A DNA stretch of 63,837 bases, filler included, from Phoronis australis (GCA_002633005.1; 10 parts of 10 records of this genome joined end to end with filler, not necessarily neighbours in it); one strand, 5' to 3'. Positions 48,801-63,271 are shown, counted from the first letter of the whole stretch. Notes: a model not told the origin generated them from the letters alone. Numbers and translations: made by a program.

Positions 48801-51800
48801 ACGTCACCCCTCCCGACAACATGGGGTATGTATTGCCTACTCAAGAGTCATTTTGCAGTTACAATACACAGATTTTGCTAATTAATCCAGTACTTATAAA
48901 GACATTGTCCAGGCTTCAGACAATTGCCTATAAACCAGAAAGGGTGAAGTGTGAATGGGTTGTTGATAAATTGCTGACAGTTCAGACTGACTTAATGTTC
49001 ACTACCATGTAAACATTCTTAAGTATCATGTTCTAAAAAGAATAGTTCATGTGATTGGTGTCTCTCCACCCACTTCCCTAAACAGGTTTAAGTCGGTATT
49101 AAGCATTGTGTTTCTACTTTGCTTACAGGAGACGACATTTGGACTCCACAATGCGATCATGGTTTTGGTTTATCGTGTACTTTTCATGCTTGTGACGATC
49201 ACAGTTATGACGAATGGACTACAAGAATGTAAGTTGAGCATTCGCTGGCCTATGAACTCAAGTATGCCATGACACTTCAGACGTAATCTCCTAAGTTGTA
49301 CCCTTTGTGAAGTTTTAAGTAAAAAATTTTATGAACCCGATTGCTTAACTAGATTTGCGGACTAAAGCATTTTGCCAAAATTATCCCTTTTTTCGCTTTT
49401 CAAACTTTTATTTCAGGTTTTTTAACATTATGAATGCCCACAATTTTTCAATGTCTGAGGGTAGCTACTGTAAAGAACTTGAAATCAAAGTAATACTTTT
49501 GGTCAGGGACTCATCTGAGATTTCAAAAATGTGGTGTTCAAAATGCTTTTCCCAATTACTCAGGGCGTCCATTACAGAGACTGTGTGACTGCCTTATTTA
49601 CGACCCCAATTAAATTGTAGTTATAGTGTGGTAACTGTTGAGATATGAGTCTGCGATGAAGTTCATTGTATCTTACATCATATCGTTACTAGATGTTTTA
49701 CTCTAGATAGGCCAGTGTCGTCTCCCAGAGCTGCTGTAAGGAAGTTACAAGACACAAATACTTACTTGCTTACATAGCCATTCAAGTGCTAAGCAGGGCA
49801 CCCAAATGCTGAACAAGGCGTCCTAGCTAGGATGCCTAAGTTTGAACACCATGGAAGCCTGCTGCATGAAGGCCTGTATTGGTGCTATTTATCACTAATA
49901 AATAAAAAATAAGAAAAGGGAATTTAACTTGTCCTCCATGTTATGTTCTAAATTGGTGAACTTTTACCATAACCTTGTGTAAAAAGGAATGAATTTTGGG
50001 TCCATGTGAGTGGTGAAAATCCTAGGTCAGGGCTTGACATAACGAGCTGCAGGTTGCAATTGCGACCTGAAATTTGGAAATGCGAGATGTCAACTCGTAT
50101 CAAGTCGCAAAATGCGAGCTGGAATTTCCAACGTATGCGAGCTGAGTTTTTACACTTCTCGGCAGAAACCGGGCAAATATAAAGCAACTCTTGTTATTCC
50201 GAACGTTATTTGGTTGCTGCCAAATCCAAGTTCAAAGGAACACTAATAGAGAAAAACCCTCCCGATGAGTGTAAGCAGGTCGCGTGAACATGGGGTATGC
50301 AGAATCGATCTTTGACGCGTTTCATTGGCTAACATTTTCGGCCACTTTTGCAAATTTCCGGATTCGCCGAAGAAAGTTTTGGGCCACTGCATAGCACGTT
50401 ATAAAACGTCACAAAGCGGTGTTTCTACTAATTCTAAAGCGGTCAACTTACCATACTTTGTGGTTGACAAATATCTTTATTTTTTGCGTAAGATGTCCTT
50501 ATTCCATGTACCAAAAATCCTTGACAATATCCCTGATATCGAACTGCGGCACCGTTAGCGCGTAAGCTGTCCCGGCAGGCAATCGTGATTTAGACTGAGA
50601 TGTGCTTCTCCTTTTATCGTATTAAGACAGCCAAGGTGAAAATGACAGCCTTATTAATCGCTAAACGACGGTCACGTCTTTACTTTCAGTTGCCAAGAAA
50701 TTCTCAAACCCTTTACTTGTTTCTGGGGCTACGTGCGCGAAATATGATTTGTCTTTCACATGTTGTTGCCAACGTAAACTGTAGGCCTACTCCAGCGATT
50801 CAAGTGCGTGAACTCACGTGTGTGTACCACTTCAAAGAACAGCGACAGTCCTAAATGAAAGAGTATACCGGCTTGGCTCTGGTTTATTTGAAAATGAACT
50901 CAGATTCCCAGCGGTTGTAAAAGACTTGATGTCCCAGGACCGATATAACCCAGAACTGACGTTTTCCTGTTCCGATGTTTCCCGAGGTCGATGTTCTGTA
51001 AACCCTGTATTCTATGCCCGTAGCCAGCTATTGCAACTAAACTGGCACTAGATGCGAAATTGTGGTTCAAGTTAGGGAACTTTTCATTCTTCTTTTTATA
51101 NCCGACGCTGTAAAATGTTCAGACTCCTATAGAAGCAACCTTGTTCCGGCTGAAGCGGGCAGTTAAAAACAAAATCATTCCGGGTGGCTAAAAAGGGTAC
51201 AATGTACAGTAGGTGGTAACGATATCCAGAAAGTCACCCCCTACTAGATGGAGTTTGCCTCGCAAAATCCTTTTATTATAACGTTTCTTACCATTGCAGC
51301 GTTTTAATATCTTATTACCGCAAACACTGAGGTTAACGACTATGCTCACGCACAAGCCTACTCCCTACCTTTAAAGTGTTTCATAATAAGCGCTCACTGA
51401 TTTATTAAAAGTCTCCCCTTAAATTTTGAGAATTTCCAATTAAGCGCTCACAGTTCAAGCTAGCACCCATCATAGCGCACTACAAACGACCGCGTGTGGT
51501 TTAAAATTGACAAGCAGCTTATATGCCACGTCACTTTCATTTTACACAACTTCAGTTTTCAAAAACGTCTTTTCACAGTATGTTAAAACCAAATCCCGGC
51601 TTTGTTTTATACCTCGGAAAGAAAGTTAACACTAGTGACATGCATGTCGTTTTGTGACTGACTTTGCCGTACTTGGAAGGTATTGAGGAGCAAACTCGCC
51701 ATTACCCGAGTCAGTTTAAATCGTTAACGACTTTGATGACAGCCAGTAGCAGGCCAGATCTAACAAAATCCCGGATACTTTTTCAACGGGCATTTTCTCC

Positions 51801-52224
51801 CTTTTCACATCGCAAATTTAGCTACTCGAATGCACAAGTCAGTTAGAGAGCACTGATTCAACTTTCANNNNNNNNNNNNNNNNNNNNNNNNNNNNNNNNN
51901 NNNNNNNNNNNTTAATTAATTAANNNNNNNNNNNNNNNNNNNNNNNNNNNNNNNNNNNNNNNNNNNNTTTAATAATGAATCATCTGGGGTATTCCACTGT
52001 TGTCGCATAAAATTGTGAAATAGTTCCCAATTCAGGCGCGATGTTTCTGGTTTTCATACCCTGCGCATACTTGGGGACAAAAATCCCTCATCTTGTGTGG
52101 TGACCTATGTCGTTCGGAGTCAAAATCGAAGTGCCTGGTTCCCAATGTGATGGTTATTCAGCGTGAATGGGTTTATAATCAATTTTGTTTCGACTCTTTA
52201 CTTGTCTTACGTTGTTTGGCATTT

Positions 52225-53090
52225 TACTGTTGTGCCACGTGCAGTGTCGTGATACTGATCATCGTACAATTGGTTTCAAACGGTTACCTGGTGGTTTGAT
52301 CCAACTCAACTCAGGTACTTGGGCGTGTCTGGCGAGGTTCACTCACCACTAGATTTGTGTGGCAAAATTTATTCTTGATACCTGGGCTTCCGGAAAATAT
52401 TTTGCAACTGGTTTCATGCAGTTACCTCTTGGGTTGATCTCGCTCAACTCAGATATTTGGGCGTGTCTAGCGAGGCTATTCCACCACTAGATTTGTCTTG
52501 CTACCTGAGCTTACGGTGAATAATTTGCAACTGGTTTAAAGCGGTTACCTTTTAGGTTAATATAACTCAATTTCTAATCCTTTTTGATAATCTTCTCGCA
52601 GGGCCACCCCAGTACTGAAATTGTCTGGCATCTAACTGTTGTGCCATGTACAGTGATGCTGAACATCGTGCAATTTGTTTCAAACGGTTACCTAGTGGGT
52701 TGATCTCGCTCAACTCGGGTAGTTGGTCGTGTCTTGCAGGGCTAACAAACCACTAGATTTGTCTAGCAGTGTTCATTCGTGATAGCTTGGCTCACGATGA
52801 GCATTTTGCAACTAGTTTCATGCGAGTTACCTTTTGGATTGATCTAGCTCAATTTTTACGTTGTTTATAACCATCTGAAAATTGTCTGGCAGTGACCAAT
52901 TGTGATACACTGGATTACGCAGTAGGTATGGAAGGCAGTTTGAAGTGGTTACCAGAACAGTTGATCAAGCTCAATTTTTGAGTGTCATTCTCTTGGCTCT
53001 TTGACCACACCCACCAGAGTGCCAGATGGCAATTTCCAAGCATGAGGATACCCATAAAGCACTGTGACACCAAAGAAAATTGGTTACCTT
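52225..53090. repeat. Diverged ~135-bp tandem repeat (6-7 units)
   Basis: Recurrent aactggtttc..gcggttacct..gttgatct.gctcaac core at ~52269, 52407, 52529, 52672, 52810, 52936. Confidence 0.8.
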
Positions 53091-55049
53091 TTCATGCCCA
53101 AAAAAGCTCAGGGATCCCGGTCTAATACCCACTAAGTTATTATTTGCCTTGATCAGGAGTATGTTCCATGAGCGTGACTCTAATTGTTGAAAAAGGTTTA
53201 GTCAAGTAGTTATGAGTTCATCACAGTCTAGAAGTAATTTGTAAAAGTTACGTCATTATAGGTACACATGAATGGCAAAAAGGCTAACAGTTTCAATGGC
53301 TAAAACACTTGCTAAAACGTAAGCCCTTTAGCCAGATGAACGAGTTTTCCGCGTAGGAATCATGACGGGGTGATTTCTCCAAGAGTTAGTTTGTTTCCTT
53401 ACCACCAGAGTCGCTCCTTGATTGAAAGTTGATGTCAAAACACATTCAATCTCCGCGCATGTGTACTTTGAAGTCAGTGGTCTGTCTACACTGCTAGCGA
53501 AAACGCCTGTAGTTTTGTCAAAAATATTATTTTTACACCAGTTTCTTTAGTTTTGTTATCTCAAACATCCAACAAAGCGCTAGCAAAAGTGACCCTTGGG
53601 ACCGTTCACCTGAGTGGCGGTGTACTGGTAGCAAAAGTACTAGCGAACACAACACAATTTGTTTCAGCGAAACTGCTTCACTCATGTAAACCTATCACCA
53701 AAAAATATACTTTTGTTAAAGTGAGATTTAAAATTATTTTCCGAAATAGTTACGTGAAATGTAAGATTAAATTGCTGACTGAAGGCTCAAGTGACTTTTC
53801 ATAAAATAGACCCCTGAGGTATGAAATGACATAACCAATTTTGTTCAAACTCTACTTTGTCAACATATTACCGCCAATTATCAATTATCCTTTTGAACCA
53901 GAATCAATTCACAACTGCAGCTTATAACTGATAAAATGAAAACAAAAACGAAAACAAAGCAAGTGTTCATATATTGTCACTGTTTGCTGGGAATACCGTG
54001 AAAATACAATTGAACTCATTTTGCGCTCAACAACAAGTGTCGGTTGTGTCCTTGAATGCCGTCGTGATCCTGTGAATACCAATATTGATGAAGTATCGGA
54101 CAATGAAAGTTGTTATATTGAATAATGAATGCCGAGAGTTCAATTATAGCATTTCACGGTGTCTTCAATAAACATTAGACTATACACATCAGGGGCGGAT
54201 CTACNNNNNNNNNNNNNNNNNNNNNNNNNNNNNNNNNNNNNNNNNNNNTTAATTAATTAANNNNNNNNNNNNNNNNNNNNNNNNNNNNNNNNNNNNNNNN
54301 NNNNTGTCACTGTCCCTGTCCTCTACAATGCCACAACTATTGGCTATTGCCTTTGTCTTCGTTGCTTGCTCCATGGTCTTACAGAGACATAAGATGGGTG
54401 AGAACAAGTTATTAGTTTAGTTATCACTTGACTGGGGGATTCACGAGTGATAAAATCACTTTTTCTTGTAAAGCTAAATCTTTGTTAGGACCATCAATAT
54501 AAAGATGTTATTTCATCATTTTTTCCTAGGACTTCTATGACTCTGATTTTGATGTCTATGAGGTAACCAGATGTTGTGAATTATCTTTTGCACATAATTG
54601 TTCACAGTGTCTAGTAGTGATCAGGCATCTAGCGTATTGTGCTCACTCTTTCTTATGATGTCCTTTCACCAGTCCTGTAGTTATACCTGTCCAATGCAAC
54701 ATCTGGAACTCGATAAACCTTTCACGAATGAAATGAATACAGCACATTGTCCGCAATTAGTTGGATTGCCTGTCTTGCTTCAGTTGACGTCGTGGTGTTA
54801 CTTTGTTCCTGTACTGTGGCGAATTTCTGAGGTTTGTACAGCATTTTTGGGCTTCCATGTGTAGGACTCTAGACCTCGTGTAACAAAATGGCGAGTTTGA
54901 CCCAGTTTTCTGTTAAGTTTTGGAAACTTGCAGCTGGATTATTAACAGTGTCACAGCACTACAAAATGTTATTTCATAGGCCTAGCATTAAGGACATATT
55001 CATTTTTGTCTCTATGCAGAGCCCAAACTACATTGCATACTGTTTCTAG

Positions 55050-57737
55050 CCTTCAGACCGTGAATCAGAAGACTGGCGATCAGATCTTATTTCGTGTGTG
55101 GGCCGTGTCTTCACAAAGGAGCGCGAGGCACTGCTGGCGGACCTGAGAAGCTACTCCGTGTTACAAGATGGGGGGAGTCATGGAGCCAATGTGGCTGAAT
55201 TGGAAAACAAAGTGCGACAGCAGGTTTGTTGCTTTGATTTTAGTCTTCCCTGACCTTGTTGATTTCTGACTTCACTTGTGAATTGGCTAGTCTTTTCAAA
55301 GTTTTTATTTGTTTTTCTCAAAAATCGTGTTTATTTTCAGCATAGAACGCTGTGTTTCTACACAGAATTTCAATCTGTTTCTCTATTTTATTAGTGTCTG
55401 TTACTGGGGAGTAACAGTAGACTAGACTAACAATGGCAACCTGTGGTGTGCCAGTTGCCTATTGAGACTGGGCTTGCATCCACCAACTGATGTGTAGAGC
55501 CTCACGAATTTTAAGTTCCTTTGTTGTTTCTGCTTGGTCTATAAGCAAACTAATTGAAAGAGCATTGCTCATATCAATGGTTGGAGCTCTGCAGATGAAT
55601 AATAATATGACGTGAACTTCTGTCAGAATTTAGATGTTCATTGGTCCGGGTTTTCAAATGGCAAACAGTTTTGTCTATATAACCGGATTTCTACATAGAA
55701 ATCTGCTATATTCCTATCCTCGGAATATGCCCCGACAACTTATGACTGCTTATGCGATGGGTTACATACTGGAATTGATGGAATAAGTTGATTTTTTTTA
55801 CTTTTACTTCAGGAGCGACACCAGGCTGATGCTCTAGACAAACTTCTGAACACTGATAGGCAATCTCTGTTGTCAGAGACACGCAGTCTCAAGCAGAAGC
55901 TTAGGTCAGCTGATCAGAGGGAGGCCACCATCAAAGCACGATTGACAGAACAGCTGAAAGCTGCAGAAGATGAGCATGGGAAGAGAGAGAAACATCTCAA
56001 ACGACAAGGTAATGAATAGAGTTTTGAAGTGTGGCCTTTTGTTATTAACACTGTCAGCAATTTGTTAAAACTTACTAGGTATTTGTGTGAGACCCCTTTG
56101 TGCGCTTTGAAATGCATTCATTTTACCAAAGTGTCCAAAACGAGAGGAACTTTTGGAAAAAGGGGTGCGGCTCTTGCTTCAAGGCTTGGAATTTTCCGCA
56201 GAAATGCGGATTTCCGCTTTTTTCAAATGTTCTGTCCGCGTAATTTATTATATTTCCGCGTAAAAAAAATTGGATTTGATATAAAATTTCCTTGGCAAAT
56301 TTCTTTCTTACCGTGGCGTTGCCAACGACTTTCACCTCGAAAAGCGGAAGTTGCTCTTTATGTTTCGGAGCAACGTAAATTGTCAACATTGCCGGGGCAT
56401 CTGGGATAGCGTGGTGGATTTTTCAATGGCGTCTCGTGTGATTGTAAACCGCGGTGGCAAATACTACGACTCTGCAGCCAAAAATGTGTGGAGGTGGGAG
56501 TGGACGGACGAGCTAAAAAGACGCAGACGCATGCTTCTGGAGGTGGTACCATTTTTTTTTAGTCCTCCCGATCAAAAGGTCCACATCGACCATTTCAAAG
56601 CTGGGAAGCGCGCATGTTTTGGGCTGTCAAAATTTCCTCTCTTTTTGTTATTGGTCATTAAAAGCCCTGTTGCTTTGCCTCCCATGGCGCCCTCATTCAG
56701 CCATGGGATTTCAAGGTAACTATGTTGTAAAGTGGAAGCTTTTGCTTTCTGGTAGCTTGTCTAATAGAAGAGAAGTTGAAAAGTGATTGTTTTTCATTAT
56801 ACTTTAATGGTCCTCTTGAACGTAAAAAAAAAAACAGAGAACACACTGCATGCATAAAAATATATGGGCGCGTTATGCTGTCATCCCTGACTGCCCATCT
56901 GGGGTTCGCTGGTCAATCTCCAAAACCTTTGATGTATGTTCATGAAATTTTGTAGATATGTTCCTTTCAGAGATGGGATGGCATGAATGAATTTTCGAAC
57001 GGATCCGACAACCGGTGTGCCCCTGGTGACAATTTTTTTTTTTACGTTGACCCCTGCATCTGTGAAGCTCCTTGACGGATTTTTAGGAAATTTTATATTA
57101 TTTAATTAAATAGGTTCCTATTGATGAGATGATGACAGGTTCCTGTTTTTGTATAAATTTGATGTATAATGGCCGTTTTTATTATCGTGAAATTTTGCAA
57201 ATAGGTTTGTATTAAGGAGATGACGACACCTACTCCTTTTCTGGCAGACTTGAGGTATTCTGCGCCACCTGGTGGCCATTTTAAAAAAACATTTTAGCAC
57301 GTTTTTGATGTCACGTTCTTCATCCACCAAACTGCTTGAAGTATCATTATGTGGTTGTGGGCGTATTTTAACGCTCTTGTTTTGTACCAAGGTCGAAGCA
57401 TTTGATGTGTTAGTGACAATTTGCATAGTTACTGATGAGACCGACTGACAGACAAAATGTAGTCAAGTGTGGAAACAATTTCAGTGTTACCTAATATTCC
57501 CTGTTATTATCCAGTGACCTTGACCGAGTACAAAGTACAACAGGAGCAAGTGATTAGTGAAGATCTGCGTTCAGCGCTCAACGTGGAGAGAGGTCGAGTT
57601 ATGGAGCTCTCGAGCAAACTGAGTCGGGAAAAGAATGTGAGTGAGGACCTACGCGAGGAGCTGGCCACTGCACACGCTCAGCTGGTCAAAGTTCGTGACA
57701 CACTGGAGCGGGAACAAGAGGAGTTGAACAACGTCTC
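55050..57737 (+). CDS. AKAP9: AKAP9/pericentrin-like centrosomal coiled-coil protein, internal fragment
   Basis: Phase-compatible exons 55050-55223 (DWRSDLISCVGRVFTKEREALLADLRS), 55813-56008 (DRQSLLSETRSL) and 57515-57737 (EYKVQQEQ..ELSSKLSREK). Order matches recalled AKAP9/PCNT motifs DWRGELL..VF..ER..LL and DRRSLLSEI. Confidence 0.75.
56127..56720 (+). mobile_element. Probable deleted DNA transposon with transposase N-terminal remnant
   Basis: Repeated tttccgc subterminal motifs and ORF start MASRVIVNRGGKYYDSAAKNVWRWEWTDE; termini not resolved. Confidence 0.35.
56860..57370 (+). mobile_element. HINE-family copy
   Basis: atatgggcgcgttatg..atctccaaaacctttgatgtatgttcatgaaatttt matches 21814 family; ends gtgggcgtatttt. 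Confidence 0.6.
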
Positions 57738-59245
57738 GTAAGCTTGTTTCTGGTTTTGTTATCGTCAAATTTCACCAGTTTAGGTCAAGTAAAATCATGA
57801 TAGTTTCGCACTTTTTATTATAGAAGATATGCTTCACGAAATTACAGCTTGTCCATGTTCCAGCTCTTTACCATGACAGTATTTTAAAAAATTGTGGGTG
57901 TTGTCCGCTTGAAACGTTTCAATGAAATTTCATGAGAGCACTGAGAAGCTCCTCTGGTCTCTCTATTCATTATCTTGTGATATGCAATATGGTTTTTGGA
58001 TGGCAGCAAAATGGGGTCACATGTCACGATGTGTACCTTGTCAAAGGATTGTGTTGCGTTAAGTTTTTAATTTTTACTCAAAGTATTTTAGATGAAATGT
58101 TTTTATTAATTTTGTTTGTGTAAAAGCAAACTACGGCGAGGTTTCAATGTCATTTGTTTGGGTTCAGTTGATGTTGATTGTGACATGGTCTTGATTGTAG
58201 CTTACTGTTACGGGATCTATTGTGAGTTTTGTGTTGTGACCACACACTTTACACTTGCTTTGTTTTGGCCAGCTATCAATGTGGAAATGGGTTTTGGCAA
58301 ATTCATGCGCATGTTAATTTTACTGCTTGGAAATTATTTTAATTATAACTTTCATTTCCTGCGGGTCCAATAACTAGTATTATAATAATTATAAAGTGTA
58401 TATTATTTACCTTTCTTGGCTTTGAACATAATTTAATATTTTTGGTGTTACTGAACTTTTACGTTTAGGATTCAGAAAGACTTAATATATGGATAACTAG
58501 TCATGTCCTAAAAATGCCATAATGACTATTTTTACCTTATGTCTGTCATGCACATTTTCGACTTCACTCTTGCACTACTGCTGGTTCTTAAGATGTTTCT
58601 CCTAATGCTTGTAACTTTTGTTTAAAGAATAAGATACACTTCTTCCTTAGCTGGCAGAAAACAAAAAATGACTTAGACCCACTACCCTTATAAAATCGGT
58701 CTCGTAACTTTCTTGCGGCGTTGGGATTTTATTTCTATTACCAGCAAGAGCATTGAAACTAGGAGTGACTCAACAAAACAATTTCGAGTTTATTGGGGAT
58801 AGTCAACCATAAAATTGAAGATTGGAAAATAGTGTGTGACTTGTCTTTGTAATGGAAATGAAAAACTATCACAGCAAGCAATGTTATGAGGACAATTTTT
58901 TCAGAGTTGAGGGCATAACTTGATATTTGTTTTGAGCTTAGCCTAGCTAATGAACTTGGCAAAATACATTGAATGGGACATGGATGTTTTTGGATGTTTG
59001 GTTTAACTCCCACAACTCACGTAGGCCTATACATTCACCAGTATACTTCCAACTGACTGTACATGCACGAAAGATCCACACACCACTCAATTACAGGCCA
59101 AAAAGGGTTGCTATATAGTCCTACTTGGGTAATCCGTATTTTTGTNNNNNNNNNNNNNNNNNNNNNNNNNNNNNNNNNNNNNNNNNNNNTTAATTAATTA
59201 ANNNNNNNNNNNNNNNNNNNNNNNNNNNNNNNNNNNNNNNNNNNN

Positions 59246-60121
59246 CAATGTAAAATACTAAAATTGCCACTAAAGGCATACCGGTAGTCAGAATCATCCT
59301 AAAGTCGTCATCGTCCGTTTTTAACATCACATAAATACACTAGCTAAATTTAGTAAAGATCCTGCAAACGGTTTGGGAGATACAGCCATGGGTGCAAAAA
59401 AAACTGCCACTAGGAGGTGCCACAGTAATCAAAGTCATGGGAAATTCAGCGTCAACCGTCCTCTTCATAGTAAGAACATACATGCCAATTTTCACAATCA
59501 TAATTATAGCGGTTTGGTTGATAGAGGGGTGGACGCAAAAATACAGACTCGAAAACAGTAAAAAATGGCCACTAGGTGGCGCAAACTATGTCGAATCATC
59601 TGAAAACGGGAGGATAGTGTTTTCTCACTAATAGGTGCCTACATACCAAATTTCATGAAAATCCGTTTAGGACTTTTGAAGATACAAAGGTAAGCGTAAA
59701 AAACTAAAATTGCCACTAGGGGGCACACCAGTAGTCGGATCCGTCCAAAAGTCGCCATCTTCCGTTGTTAACATCGTATAAATATACTTACACAATTTCA
59801 TAAAGATCCTGCGAACGGTTTAGGAGATACAGCCATAGGAGCAAAAAAAAAACAAATGAAAATCCGTTCAGGACATTTGAAGACACAAAGGAGAGCGTAA
59901 AAAACTAAAATTTCCACTAGGGGGCACACCGGTAGTTGGATCCGTCCGAAAGTTCGCACATGCCGTCCCATTCATGAATGGAACATATGTGCCAAATTTC
60001 ATGAACGTATGTCAAAGGGTTTTGGAGATAGAGCAGCGGACGCCGGACGCCGCCCGGTCGGACGGACGGACAGAGATGACGGCATAATGCGTCCACATAT
60101 AAATATGTGGGCGCATAAAAA
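59246..60121 (-). mobile_element. HINE/Helentron-like element with internal tandem repeats
   Basis: Minus-strand 5' TTTTATGCGCCCACAT-attt-ATATGTGGACGCATTA inverted motif, (GTCC)n, then gccactag repeats. Confidence 0.7.
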
Positions 60122-60745
60122 TCAAGTCAGACACTAACAATAACACGCTCCCAAAAACTGTGTTTGCATTCTCCATGAGTTTTCCTGGGAGCAATTTTCA
60201 TTTTCAATAATACAATTTCTTCTCGAAAAGTAGGCTAGCATTTATTTTCCATAATGGTTGCTTAAAAGCATGGCTGAATGTGTGAGCTTACACTCAGTCA
60301 GGGACTTGTAAAATAAGGGTTTTCAATGACTCCACAATCTTTTTATTTTGATGAGTTTTCCACTCGTAGAAACTATGAGTCAAACTCGCATTAGTTGGAC
60401 ATCCATAAGTAGGATTTTTGCTTAACATGCAGTGGCGACTTTAGGGGGGGGGGGGGGGNGCAAGGGGCCATAGCCCCCTAAAATTCACCCAGATTCCATT
60501 TGGCAGTTCGGGGTGCCAATGTCTGATAGGCAAAATCCTGGCTAATATTCTGCCCTGCAAACCCAACTCGCGTAACTCTGACAAAATCTCTCAGTGCCGT
60601 TGGGTCAAATATCAGGAAGTTATACTGTTTTTCCCATGTCTTCCATGAGTCAGAACCACGCACAGCTGTCAAACAGAATGCTGAATAGTCACATATTTCC
60701 TAAAATTTTACCAACGAGAAAGTGGTTCTTTGCATTCACTCTCAC

Positions 60746-61782
60746 CTGTCCAAAATTAAAGAAACAATCCAGAAATTCCAGTTCAATAAATAGCCCCGAG
60801 GAGTCTTCATGGAACAGTCGCCAAAAGCACAGGAAAAGAGCCTAAGGACCAATAAACAGCAATCATGAAACAGATGCATTCAGACTACAAGAAACTTCAA
60901 TATGCTGTGAGCCATAATGATTATGAAAAGAACAATTTGAAAACTACTGACACCAAAACACAATAACCCATTTTAGACTTTCAGAACTCATCTAAAAATC
61001 ATAATTGTTGTAAATGAAAACTTCAAGTAAAAAAAGCAAAGGACAGCATGAAGATTACTAACTTCCATTTCACTTGACGTGTCAAAATGGAAATAAACGA
61101 GTCAATGTTAACAAACTATCTTGAATTGAACCGTCTTTCCAAGATTTTTTAATTTCTTCAGTTGGACAGAAAGAGCTTCATGACGGAGACGGCAAACATT
61201 CGAGGATAAACTTTTCAGATAGATATAATTATTAAAACCAACAAGGATCCTGTGCATGCCGAATTTGGAAACAGTTTGGTGAAACTATGTTTTTTAACAA
61301 CGGAACAGAAAATGAAAAGAATCTTTCACAAACTTAAGGAATTATCAAAGAATTCAAGATTCGGTAGTTACACAAATAGCAATATTACATTTTTATGCCA
61401 GACTTTACTAAACATTGTAACATTTTGATCAAGAGCAAAAGAAAACAACAAGGGGGGCAGACGCACTCAGCTAGTCCTTGCCACTCACCACTTCTCACAC
61501 CGCCACCATCGTCATTAATTTCAAAACCCCCTAGTCATCACAAATTCCATGATAGCCCTCATCCCTGCTAATTACAGGTACCTCCCCTTTGCCTACGATT
61601 AGGTCAACGACAGTAACCATTAAGCAACTCACGATTCCCATTGAGACGATGAGTAGGAATAGCAGGACCAGGTGATGACCAATCTCCTCATCCTTGGTCT
61701 GGCTGTTGATGACACTGTCAGCCTCACTGCCAACACTGTTGAGTGTATGGTACTTCTTCAACAGACTCCGGCACTCCTGGCG
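60746..61782 (-). CDS. GPR155: GPR155 (LYCHOS)-like integral membrane protein, two internal exons
   Basis: Phase-0 exons 61633-61782 (..DEEIGHHLVLLFLLIVSMGI) and 60746-60841 (ALFLCFWRLFHEDSSGLFIELEFLDCFFNFGQ), matching recalled GPR155 RHVLL..LL..CLWWLF..G.LYVELQF...FNFGQ. Confidence 0.85.
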
Positions 61783-63208
61783 CTGTGCACAGTAAATGAG
61801 AATAATTAAGACAAAAATGTAGAGTTTGAACTCCACAAAAGCGACATTCATTTTAGAAAAACATGCATTTACAGCAGTTTTCAAAAAAAACCTTACTTGA
61901 CATTTTTTAACTTCAAAGAATTTACGTTCTTATTTTCAAAAAAAAATCAGCGTTACATAATGCAGTTTCCAGCTGGATTGTTGCCATGACTTCGAAAAGC
62001 GCACACAAATTTCGTCAAAATTCACCAACTCTTACGAACGCCACCTGTGGGTACCTATAGTAACAAAATACGTCATCATCAGCTTAAACAAACAAGCTTT
62101 ACAAAGAAGTTCACTATTGTTAAGAATCTCTGAAGACAGAGGACACTTTCGAGTGGCATATTTGGAGTCTCTAGCTAGGTTTGATGGCCTCCGGCTCAGT
62201 TGTGTGATTAAACTCCTGGCCCAGCGACATCAGAGTTTCCCATTTTTTAATGTATTCATACTANNNNNNNNNNNNNNNNNNNNNNNNNNNNNNNNNNNNN
62301 NNNNNNNTTAATTAATTAANNNNNNNNNNNNNNNNNNNNNNNNNNNNNNNNNNNNNNNNNNNNCAGTTAACTCAAATCAAGTTGCCCAAGACTTGATTAA
62401 TGGCTTAGTGAACATATTGCACTCTGTTCACCGGCAATATGGGCTCTTTGTTATTGGGATCAACATTAACAGGTCAAAAAACACCACCCATTTTTAATGC
62501 ATCACTTCTTACAGGAATGACCACCCATAATTTGAGTTTTTTTCTGAAGACCACCACCCATGAATTTTTATTTCTGCTGCTGTCCCCCCCCTCCCACACG
62601 GATTTTACTGGAACAGCCCTNGATACTACCAAGCCTACACACCTACCCAAGATGATATTCGATAAGACAAAATACCCACAGGAGTTGGCGCCACGTCCCT
62701 ACTAACCCAGCTATGGAAATGGCCCAGGACATTCATACAAATGCAAAAGTGCTCCATCTTGATGTTGAAAAAAGTTGAGGATAGGAGTTTTCTCTCAGCA
62801 CATGTCACACATATAAGAAACAATAACCTATTATTATTGATGTCACCGTTTTCATAACCATCACCTGTATTATCCACACTTTAACTATCGCAGAACTTTG
62901 CAAATAAAAACAAAGACAGTTACCCGATGAACTGATGTATTGACTCTGACTCAAAGTAACTGCTGCTACAACAGTTTACTAGAAGAAACGCTCATGATTT
63001 TCGAGAAATGAAAGCAACAACACATTGCAGCGTTACAGTCAATTTGATTGGTTTACAAAACAGAGATAACATTTTATATTAAATAAGTGAGAACAGGCCA
63101 CAGTCATCCTAATGAAAGGCAAAAGGAAGAAGCATGCCCTCACGAGCTCTTCATCAGCCATATTTCTGTGCAAAATGATTCAAATGACCACGTGGAGTTG
63201 ACTGGAGG

Positions 63209-63271
63209 CTAATCATTCAGGGCTTTAGTTCCAATTATCTGCTCTTCACCACAAGCTTTCAACACTGTTAC
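63209..63271 (-). CDS. EIF5A: Eukaryotic translation factor eIF5A, last coding exon
   Basis: tttctag acceptor then VTVLKACGEEQIIGTKALND*, matching the eIF5A C-terminal TVLKACGEE motif. Confidence 0.8.
   Translation of the reverse strand, partial: VTVLKACGEEQIIGTKALND

Noticed and set aside
57432-57490. Hammerhead-like CTGATGAG...GAAAC
   Set aside because: Stems I and III cannot be formed and the junction spacing is wrong.
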